From a virus (Duplodnaviria; Caudoviricetes), in IMG/VR virus record IMGVR_UViG_3300043473_000069, positions 1-64,000 of that record: a stretch of DNA of 64,000 nt; one strand, 5' to 3'. Under the pieces are notes generated by a model that was given only the letters and a program-made list of their open reading frames with translations, ran no database searches and was not told where the DNA came from. Positions 37,182 to 45,031 of the stretch are shown one piece after another. The position numbers were made by a program, and so were the translations under genes. The first letter of the stretch is position 1; each line of letters begins with the position of its first letter.

Positions 37182-37699
37182 TGGGCAAGCGCAAGCAGGC
37201 CGATCCCAACCAGTTGCGGATGTTCATGTCCGCCCACGAGATCATGCAGAGCCACGCTCCCAACGAGCCCGACCGGCTGTGGCACGGCACCCGCTTCGGT
37301 GTGCGGGAGGCGATGGGTGGGGCGTACGCACGGGAAGAGACGGCAGGCTTCGGCCGACAGACCCAGCGCTCGTCACGGACTGACGGTGGTATCAACTTCG
37401 TGCACCCTGAGGGCGGCTACTCACGGGCGCCCAAGCGCACAAAGGCCCCGCCTGAGACAGACGAACAGTTGTACTCCCGTAAGCGCACTGAGGCGGAGGA
37501 GACGGGGCTGGCTACATCGATCGCCCAGCACGGTGTGCAGGTGCCGATCGCTCTTGGTCAGACCGAGAGCCCGAGTGGTCGGCCCAGCCTCGCTGGCGGT
37601 CACCATCGTGTTGCCGTGATGGCGCACCTCAGTCCCGACCAGTTGCTGCCCGTCACGCACGTCGCTGACGTGCTTGAGGCCAAGAAGTTGAAGCTCTGA
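37181..37699 (+). CDS. ParB/Srx N-terminal-like domain protein
   Basis: LATSIAQHGVQVPI..LAGGHHRV. Confidence 0.7.
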   Translation: MGKRKQADPNQLRMFMSAHEIMQSHAPNEPDRLWHGTRFGVREAMGGAYAREETAGFGRQTQRSSRTDGGINFVHPEGGYSRAPKRTKAPPETDEQLYSRKRTEAEETGLATSIAQHGVQVPIALGQTESPSGRPSLAGGHHRVAVMAHLSPDQLLPVTHVADVLEAKKLKL

Positions 37700-38223
37700 T
37701 GGACACTCGACGTGAGGTCCGTGAGATATGGCGGCACTTCGGCCGCTACCAGGACGACATCGGTGAGGCATGCATCTACTTCAAGTTCGACGCCGACACC
37801 TCCAAGTACGACGACGTCTACGACGAGGGCTTCCGGCGTTACGAGACGGGCATCCGGATCCCCATCCTGTGGGTGGACCAGAGCGAGAGTGCCGAGGACT
37901 ACAGCCCCGAGGGTCGTCGGCCCACCATGCGGGTCCGCTTCGCTGTGTCGGCTCTTGACCTGCACGAGGCGGGCATCTCCGTCACCGAGGCGCACGGCAA
38001 TCGGCTCACCGATGGCAGCCCGTCGTTGGTGTGGAGGTATGACCGTGTGCACGACATCGTGTACTACGACAACCGTTACTACGAAGTGAGCGCCTTCCAG
38101 ATCCGAGGGCGGGCCAAGGGCGAGGACGTCATCATCGGGATCACGGGCATCGAGACGTTCCCGGCCGACGACATGCTCTTCGACTTCCAGCCCGGCTCGA
38201 TCTTCCCCGAGGTGACCCCATGA
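37699..38223 (+). CDS. Head-closure (stopper)-like protein
   Basis: DDVYDEG..D.V.Y....YEV....RG; position. Confidence 0.6.
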   Translation: MDTRREVREIWRHFGRYQDDIGEACIYFKFDADTSKYDDVYDEGFRRYETGIRIPILWVDQSESAEDYSPEGRRPTMRVRFAVSALDLHEAGISVTEAHGNRLTDGSPSLVWRYDRVHDIVYYDNRYYEVSAFQIRGRAKGEDVIIGITGIETFPADDMLFDFQPGSIFPEVTP

Positions 38224-39215
38224 GTGTTGACCAGTCCCTACCCACCACAGCGCCCTACGGCAAGGCGACGTGGACCGACTACGAGGACAACTGGCGCAAC
38301 AAGGACGCCAACTGGCTGCAGACCCGATCGATCCTGCGCTACGCCAACCCGGCCGCTCGTGACGCCGACATCACGTCGCCGGAGGTCGGCCAGTTCGTCT
38401 TCTCCGCCGACGTGGACATCCTCACCTACCGCTCCGGTACTGGGGTATGGAAGTACTACAAGCCGCTTCCGCAGTTCACGACGACGACGCAGGACGACGC
38501 CGCTGGTGTGGCCCTCAGCCACCTCAACGCTGGCGGCAAGGGCGTCATCCTCGGTCCTGGCTCACCGGCTGGCACCGGCCTGGTGACGCTCAACGCTCCG
38601 CTCACCGTGATGGGCGGCGTGCTCACGGTCGGGGACACCACCGCTGGCGTCACGATCAAGACCGGCACCAAGACGGTCAAGCTCACCACGAGCGCCACTG
38701 ACCTCGTCAGTGACTCGCCGCTCACCGTGCCCAGCATCACGCTCGGTGGCACGGGCACTGTGATCTCCGCTGCGGGCAAGGTGGTGTCGGTCGGCACCAT
38801 CAACGCCGACACGGGCACCATCACCAACGTCAACGTCTCGGGCATCGTGCAGGGCGGTACCTACAAGGGCGCCGTGGATGCCACCACGGTGAATGCCTCG
38901 ACGGGTGGGACGATCGGCGGTGTCGCCATCAGTGGCAACACCGTGGTGGCGCCCGGTGGGTTCATCGGCCAGGGAGCGTTCCTGCGAGGTGACGCTGGAA
39001 GCGGCATCCTGAGCTACCGCAACCCCAGCGGTGGTGCGGTCGCAACGTCGGCCGTGACCGTGGACGCCACGTACCTCCGCTTCCGTGCGCCCAACGGCAT
39101 CCCTCTCGACAAGGGCGATGGTGCACACACCGGGGCATGGGTCGGCGGCGCTGTCGTCTCGGCCTCCGATCCCGGCGCTGGCAACTTCCCCAACGGGACC
39201 ATCTGGGTGTCGTAG
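38220..39215 (+). CDS. Beta-stranded fibre/spike-like structural protein
   Basis: RYAN.AARDA.I..P..GQ N-terminal motif; G/T/V-rich; C-terminal P....G.IW. Confidence 0.65.
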   Translation: MSVDQSLPTTAPYGKATWTDYEDNWRNKDANWLQTRSILRYANPAARDADITSPEVGQFVFSADVDILTYRSGTGVWKYYKPLPQFTTTTQDDAAGVALSHLNAGGKGVILGPGSPAGTGLVTLNAPLTVMGGVLTVGDTTAGVTIKTGTKTVKLTTSATDLVSDSPLTVPSITLGGTGTVISAAGKVVSVGTINADTGTITNVNVSGIVQGGTYKGAVDATTVNASTGGTIGGVAISGNTVVAPGGFIGQGAFLRGDAGSGILSYRNPSGGAVATSAVTVDATYLRFRAPNGIPLDKGDGAHTGAWVGGAVVSASDPGAGNFPNGTIWVS

Positions 39216-40115
39216 ATGGGCGTCTACGTCAAGCAGGGCGGGCTCGGCGGTGGCTCCTGGAAGGGGCCGATCGCTGCTGGCCTGCTCCGTGTGAAGTGGG
39301 GCAGTGACTGGTACACGCCAGCGGCGCTCTACGCCCGGCCGACGCCCGGCATCGGCAGCAACAGCAGTGGTTGGTACGACAGCGGATACCGGGGTTACCC
39401 GGCCACGCCATCGGCGCCGTGGGTGCACGCCTGGGACTACAACAACGTCGCCATCGGCTGGAACGCTGGCGGTGGTGGTGCTCCGGTAGCGGCGTATCAA
39501 CTCGTCCAGACCGACTCCAACGGCAACTGGATGAACGCCCCCGAGGTCGGCGGCTCACCGTGGGGCAACTTCTCGGTGGGGCCGGGTGGCTACTACCAGT
39601 TCTTCGTGCGGGCCAAGACGGCCGCTGGCCTCTACAGCCCTTTCGCTGGTCCGCTGCGGATCTACATCGGCCAGCCCAGTCAGTACTACGAGACGACCGA
39701 GACGGGCACCCGAGGGTGGTCGGAGTGGCACGACGTGGCCGGGTGGGGAATCAAGGACAACCTCGTCGGGCCTCGGCCACCGGGCGACGTCATCGTCTCC
39801 CAGATCCACTGGGATCTCGGCTGTCCCTACGGCATCTTGAGCCCGTTCAACAACCGCTCGATCGACATCGTCGGCAACGAGGGTCAGTACGTGTGGCCCT
39901 CAGTGAGTTGGCAGGCCCAAGAGGTCCACGGTGATGACTACTTCTGGCACCAGAGCAACGGTGGACGGTGGGGGTTCATCTGCAGAGGTGCTGGCTGGAC
40001 TGTGAGCTACGGCGGTGCGTCACGGGTGTGGGGCAGCTTCACCGTCTACGGCAGCCAGACGTATCAGTACCAGCAGGGCCACTGGACTGCCGCCACCGGC
40101 AACGGCTACTGGTAG
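39216..40115 (+). CDS. Minor tail/adhesin protein with FN3-like domain
   Basis: G/W/Y-rich; Y.F.VRA..AAG.YS. Confidence 0.65.
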   Translation: MGVYVKQGGLGGGSWKGPIAAGLLRVKWGSDWYTPAALYARPTPGIGSNSSGWYDSGYRGYPATPSAPWVHAWDYNNVAIGWNAGGGGAPVAAYQLVQTDSNGNWMNAPEVGGSPWGNFSVGPGGYYQFFVRAKTAAGLYSPFAGPLRIYIGQPSQYYETTETGTRGWSEWHDVAGWGIKDNLVGPRPPGDVIVSQIHWDLGCPYGILSPFNNRSIDIVGNEGQYVWPSVSWQAQEVHGDDYFWHQSNGGRWGFICRGAGWTVSYGGASRVWGSFTVYGSQTYQYQQGHWTAATGNGYW

Positions 40116-40133
40116 CCGTGTCATAGTTACGGA

Positions 40134-40400
40134 GTGATTGACCGCATCGGACAGACCGCCATCCGCTCGCTCGGCGTGGACGTCGCCAACCTGTCGTCCC
40201 GCCTGGCGTTGACCCAGGCGATCATGGAGGAACTGTGCGAGATCGCTGCCTCCCTCAACATGCCCGAGTGGGATCACAAGCCGATCCCCAACGATGACGG
40301 CAGCCAGTCGAACGCCTACATGACGATCATCCCCGGCACGGAGATGGAGAAGGTGCAGGCGATCCTGACGATCCTCTGGCGGGCAACGCAGGAGGGCTAG
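40134..40400 (+). CDS. Hypothetical protein
   Basis: Coding bias. Confidence 0.6.
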   Translation: MIDRIGQTAIRSLGVDVANLSSRLALTQAIMEELCEIAASLNMPEWDHKPIPNDDGSQSNAYMTIIPGTEMEKVQAILTILWRATQEG

Positions 40401-40401
40401 T

Positions 40402-40866
40402 GTGGCGGCGTCCGGCGTCGAGCGATGTCGGACCCCAACTGCCAGGAACGGAGCCCGAGTGGCCTCGATTGAGATCGCCTCTGGATGGATTGATGCCGTC
40501 CAGCGATACGTCGATGGACTCATGGTTGATTCGATCCTGGCGGCGGAGAACGCCACGCAGTTCTTCCACGAGCAGGTCGTCGCTCGTGCTCGTGAGGATG
40601 AGCAGTGGGCGTCACTTGCTGACAACATCGAGGTCTGGTCGCAGGACGGCCGACTGGTGATCGGCGTGCAGAACCCACTGTTCGCCTCCCAGGCGATGCT
40701 CCTGGAGTACGGCGACCTGGAGGCTCCGCCCAACCCGCTGTTCCGCACGCTGACGAGCGCCACCCGTGACGCTGCTCAGCACATGCAGGACGAGATCGAC
40801 TCCAAGTACGGCCCACGCATGGACGTGGGCGGTCCGAAGATCGAGGGGGTGCTCCGTGCCGGTTAG
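40402..40866 (+). CDS. Neck/tail-completion protein (start uncertain)
   Basis: LLEYGD...PP.PLFR motif similar to HK97-gp10-like proteins. Confidence 0.55.
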   Translation: MAASGVERCRTPTARNGARVASIEIASGWIDAVQRYVDGLMVDSILAAENATQFFHEQVVARAREDEQWASLADNIEVWSQDGRLVIGVQNPLFASQAMLLEYGDLEAPPNPLFRTLTSATRDAAQHMQDEIDSKYGPRMDVGGPKIEGVLRAG

Positions 40867-41659
40867 GCCGCTCCGTGACAAGCCCAGCGTCTACGAGCAC
40901 ACCGGCTTCATCCTGGCCGAGGACGAGATGTTGAAGGCTCACCTCACCGGCATCACGGTGCCGGGACGAGAGCCCACCGATCCTGAGGTGGAGGTGGGCT
41001 GTTGGTTCCGCTGGCCCGAGGGCGAGCGCCAGATCAAGTACCCCTTCATCGCCATCGACCTGCTCTCCGCCGACCCGGCCTTCGACCTGTTCCACAGCGA
41101 TCACCTGGAGCCCACCGAAGGGCTGTATCGGCCGGACAAGAGCCCCTACCTGCCACCGCCCCCCGGTGGCTGGGGTGTGGCGAACTACGCCGTCCGCAAC
41201 TACCTCCCGTTCCGCCTGCAGTACCAGGTGGCCGTGCACACCCGCAACGCATTGCACGACCGCTACCTGCAGTCGATCTTCAAGACCGACGTCTTCCCGG
41301 TCCGGCCGTTCTGGCTCTGGATGGACGTCGATCAGACGTGGCGACGCACCGAACTGGTGGAATCCATCGCCTCAGATCTCTCGGAGACGACCGAGTCGGG
41401 CACCAAGCGGATCTTCCGCAAGGTGTACACCGTCTCGGTCCTGGCCGAGGTCCCGCAAGACCGCATCGTGGACTCCTGGGTCTACAAGGTGCTGCGGGTG
41501 TTGATCCCGGTCGTTGACCGGGACTGGTTCGACTCGTACTACGAGGAAGTCCTCAAGGGCGAGCCGGACCCACTGGGTATCTCACAGGCCACTCGGGATG
41601 CGGAAGGCGAGTACTTCCACATCTGGCACGAGGGTCATGAGATGCCCGCCCCATCGTGA
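40856..41659 (+). CDS. Tail terminator/sheath stabiliser
   Basis: Directly before sheath; YPFI.IDL..L.YQV..KRIFR..YTV.V.AE. Confidence 0.65.
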   Translation: MPVRPLRDKPSVYEHTGFILAEDEMLKAHLTGITVPGREPTDPEVEVGCWFRWPEGERQIKYPFIAIDLLSADPAFDLFHSDHLEPTEGLYRPDKSPYLPPPPGGWGVANYAVRNYLPFRLQYQVAVHTRNALHDRYLQSIFKTDVFPVRPFWLWMDVDQTWRRTELVESIASDLSETTESGTKRIFRKVYTVSVLAEVPQDRIVDSWVYKVLRVLIPVVDRDWFDSYYEEVLKGEPDPLGISQATRDAEGEYFHIWHEGHEMPAPS

Positions 41660-41730
41660 CACTGCCGCCTGGCTCGTAGAACTCATCGTCGCAACTCTCT
41701 GGAACCCACGTCTATGAGCCAAGGAGCGAC

Positions 41731-43380
41731 ATGCCCATCACCTATCGACGGCCAGGCGTGTACCTGGAAGAGAGCCTGCTGGTCAACAGCGCTGACACGG
41801 CGTCCACCTTCACGGTGGCGGCGTTCATCGGAGTTGCTGGCAAGGGTCCCCTCAACACGCCGGTCCGTGTGGACTCCTGGAGCGACTACGTCAACATCTT
41901 CGGCGGCTTCGCTCCGATCCAGCCCCCAGGCACCTCCCCGGTGCCACCGAAGGTCCTCTCATACCTGCCTTTCAGCGTCTACTCGTTCTTCCAGAGCGGC
42001 GGACGCACAGCCTGGATCATCCGTGCCGCACCCACGGCGACGATCGATCAGGGCACGGCAGCCAAGATCGCCGTCAACGGTGGGGATGCCTCTGAGACGC
42101 CCTTGATGGCGTTCCAGTTGAACGCCCTGTCGGCAGGTGTGTGGGGCAACAAGATCAAGTACAACCTCAGCACGCAGTCCACGGTGGGCACGGCGCCCAA
42201 CGCCGACAACGTCTTCGCCCTGCAGATCCTCGTGGTCAACGCTGATGGCCGGGACGAGGTCGTGGAGACGTTCAGCGGCCTCTCGGTGAAGGGTGAGATC
42301 CCCGGCTCCCGGCCGGTCGCCGCCACGATCAACGACCCCTCGGCGGGGTCGCAGTACGTCACCGTCACCGACGTCAGCCCCGGTCAGGGTCAGCCGGTGG
42401 TGACGACCAACGCTGTGGCGCTGGCCGGTGGCATCGACCCCAAGATCCCCGACGCTTCGGCACTCACGTCTGCGTGCTCGTACGTGTCGCAGATCGAGGG
42501 TCCGGTGATCGTCAACATCGTCGGGTACCACAGCGACGTCTCCAAGGTCGAGACGTCAGAGGCCGTGACCACCTACGTCTCGGGCACGGTGCCCTCCACG
42601 ACGTGGGTCGATCGCCAGGACATCTTCGTGGTCAACGACTCGGCGCCACCCCGGCTCCCGAACCAGTCGTCGGCGGCGTACCTGTCCTCGATCACGACGA
42701 GCCTCGGGGCCAACACGGGCGACAGCTACAGCGCCAGTTACGGGCCGTGGATCATCGTCCCCAACCCGTCCGCTGTCGGTGAGACGGTCGCCATCCCGCC
42801 GGGTGGAGCGATGATGGGCGTGACGGCCCGCATCGACGCCACGGTCGGCGTGTTCCGGGCTCCGGCCGGGATCATCGCTGGCATCAGCAACGCCGTGGGC
42901 GTGCAGACGAAGTTCAGCGACACGGAGCTTGGGACGCTCAACTCGCAGAACATCAACGTCGTCCGCTCGGTGGTGGGCGCTGGCATCTGCGTCATGGGTG
43001 GCCGCACCCGCAAGACGTTCGGTGCCGACCGCTACGTCAGCGCTCGGCGCACGCTGATCTACATCAAGGAGGTGGTGCGTCGCTCGACGCAGTTCGCCGT
43101 CTTCGAGAACAACGATCAGCGTCTGTGGGCGTCGCTGAGGATGAGCGCAGAGCGCATCCTCCGCCCGCTGTGGGAGGCCGGGGGGCTCAAGGGCTCCAAC
43201 ACCAACGAGGCCTACTACATCCGGTGTGACGACACCATCAACACGCCCTCCGTCATCGCCTCCGGTGAGGTGCGGATGGAACTGGGCGTGGCCCTCCAGT
43301 ACCCGGCTGAGTTCGTGATCATCCGGCTCACCCAGTACGACCAGGGCACGTTCACGACCGAAGTCCAGCCAGCGGCATAA
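41731..43380 (+). CDS. Tail sheath protein
   Basis: PGVYLEE, PPGGA..G..AR.D...GVFRAPAG, GGRT..RYVSARR, FAVFENND..LW, PAEFVIIR. Confidence 0.96.
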   Translation: MPITYRRPGVYLEESLLVNSADTASTFTVAAFIGVAGKGPLNTPVRVDSWSDYVNIFGGFAPIQPPGTSPVPPKVLSYLPFSVYSFFQSGGRTAWIIRAAPTATIDQGTAAKIAVNGGDASETPLMAFQLNALSAGVWGNKIKYNLSTQSTVGTAPNADNVFALQILVVNADGRDEVVETFSGLSVKGEIPGSRPVAATINDPSAGSQYVTVTDVSPGQGQPVVTTNAVALAGGIDPKIPDASALTSACSYVSQIEGPVIVNIVGYHSDVSKVETSEAVTTYVSGTVPSTTWVDRQDIFVVNDSAPPRLPNQSSAAYLSSITTSLGANTGDSYSASYGPWIIVPNPSAVGETVAIPPGGAMMGVTARIDATVGVFRAPAGIIAGISNAVGVQTKFSDTELGTLNSQNINVVRSVVGAGICVMGGRTRKTFGADRYVSARRTLIYIKEVVRRSTQFAVFENNDQRLWASLRMSAERILRPLWEAGGLKGSNTNEAYYIRCDDTINTPSVIASGEVRMELGVALQYPAEFVIIRLTQYDQGTFTTEVQPAA

Positions 43381-43392
43381 GGAGGTACCGAT

Positions 43393-44010
43393 ATGCCAAC
43401 ACCATCATTGGCTGACCGCACTCGGCTCCGTGCCGACCCGGTCCGCAACTTCAAGTTCCAGGTCCAGTTGTTCCACTCGGACGCCCAACTCCAGAACCAG
43501 ATCGCAGAGATGGGGTTCATGACGGTGGAAGGCCTCTCGATGACGACCGAGATGGTTGCCTACCGAGAGGGTGGGTGGAACACCAACCCGCACAAGCTGC
43601 CGGGCATGACGGACTTCTCGCCGCTCACGATGAGCGCCGGGGTGTTCTACCGCAAGCCCGGCATGTGGAACCTGGCGAAGCAGATGTTCGCCGTCCAGTG
43701 GGGCCAGGGCACCATCGGCATGGGCGAGGAGTTCCGCTTCGACATGGCCGTGCGGATCATGGACCACCCGGTCACCGACAACCCCGGCTCGGGCTCGCCC
43801 GGCGACGGGATCAACGGTGCCGTGGTCGCCTTTGCGTTCTACAACGCCTGGGTGGCCTCGGTGGGCTTCAACGGCCTCAACGCCATGGACAACAGCGTGC
43901 TGATCCACCAGATGACGGTGCACCACGAGGGCTTCGACGTCTTCTACGGCACCTCCGACGCCATCAACCTCCGCCACGGCGGGGCGATTGCTGGGTCCCG
44001 GCTCGTCTAG
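43393..44010 (+). CDS. Tail tube protein (T4 gp19-like)
   Basis: DPVRNFKF, YREGG.N...KLPG, NAW, HEG. Confidence 0.93.
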   Translation: MPTPSLADRTRLRADPVRNFKFQVQLFHSDAQLQNQIAEMGFMTVEGLSMTTEMVAYREGGWNTNPHKLPGMTDFSPLTMSAGVFYRKPGMWNLAKQMFAVQWGQGTIGMGEEFRFDMAVRIMDHPVTDNPGSGSPGDGINGAVVAFAFYNAWVASVGFNGLNAMDNSVLIHQMTVHHEGFDVFYGTSDAINLRHGGAIAGSRLV

Positions 44011-44046
44011 TCCCCATACCCTCGTATCACACAGGAGCATGACATC

Positions 44047-44883
44047 GTGACAGACGTCCGAGATGACCTCTCGACGGCAGAAGAACTCTTCCGGGACAAG
44101 GAGACGAGTCTGCAGCAGGCTCGTGAGAAGATCGCAGGTCCGGTGCCGCTCATGGAAGCGGCGCCGGACTGCCATCTCACCCTCCCTCGTGGCCTCTTCG
44201 TACGAGGGGTGTTCAAGACCGACGTGGTGGTCCGGGAACTCAACGGCCTGGACGAGGAGGCCCTGGCGAAGCACCGGGATCCCTCCGACTACTACGACAT
44301 GGTGGTGGCCCTCGGCACGGAGCAGGTCGATGACTTCGACCTGACCACCCTGCCGTTGGCCGACCGTCAGGGCTGGCTCCGCAACCTGCTCATCGGGGAG
44401 CGGGACCAGATCTACATCGCCATCATCAAGGCGACGTTCGGAGACTCCAAGACTCTCTCCTTCACCTGCATGCACTGCAGTCAGGAGCAGGAGATGGAAC
44501 TGGTCCTCTCCGAGGACTTCAAGCCCAAGATCGTGGCCGACGTGGACAACGACGTCTTCGTGTTCACCACGTCCAAGGGCGACGAGTTGCAGTACCGGCT
44601 CGTCACCGGGGAGGACCAGCGGGAGGCATACGCCCGTAAGGGCGCCACCACGGCTGAGCAGAACACGATCCTGCTGAGCCGCTGCATCACCAAGGTCAAC
44701 GGTGGGCTCATCCCCGACCCGCTCAACTACGTCCGCCACCTATCGATCCGTGATCGGCAGGCGGTGCTCACCGAGTTGGTCGATCACCAGCCCTCGATCA
44801 ACCTGCGACTGACCACCACCTGTGTCGCCTGCGGTCTGGAGGTTCCGCTGGCCCTCGGATGGGGCGACCTGTTTCGCACCTGA
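44047..44883 (+). CDS. Tail assembly chaperone (T4 baseplate-assembly-like, two CxxC)
   Basis: VRELNG.DEE..L..G.RD..CMHC..CVAC..DLFR; between tube and tape measure. Confidence 0.8.
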   Translation: MTDVRDDLSTAEELFRDKETSLQQAREKIAGPVPLMEAAPDCHLTLPRGLFVRGVFKTDVVVRELNGLDEEALAKHRDPSDYYDMVVALGTEQVDDFDLTTLPLADRQGWLRNLLIGERDQIYIAIIKATFGDSKTLSFTCMHCSQEQEMELVLSEDFKPKIVADVDNDVFVFTTSKGDELQYRLVTGEDQREAYARKGATTAEQNTILLSRCITKVNGGLIPDPLNYVRHLSIRDRQAVLTELVDHQPSINLRLTTTCVACGLEVPLALGWGDLFRT

Positions 44884-45031
44884 CGAGCAGACCCTCTACC
44901 TCAACTACGACATCATTTCCGCCCACAACATCGGCTGGACCCTCAGTGAGATACGGCTGATGACATACAGACAGCGGAACTACTGGCTCAAGATGATCAC
45001 CTGGAAGCGGGACAAGAGAGCGAATGCCTGA
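44873..45031 (+). CDS. Chaperone C-terminal extension (GT-type), probably reached by +1 frameshift
   Basis: GWTLSEI..M..R.R.YW motif; no RBS or credible start; TTT CGC at 44872. Confidence 0.65.
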   Translation, partial: FAPDEQTLYLNYDIISAHNIGWTLSEIRLMTYRQRNYWLKMITWKRDKRANA

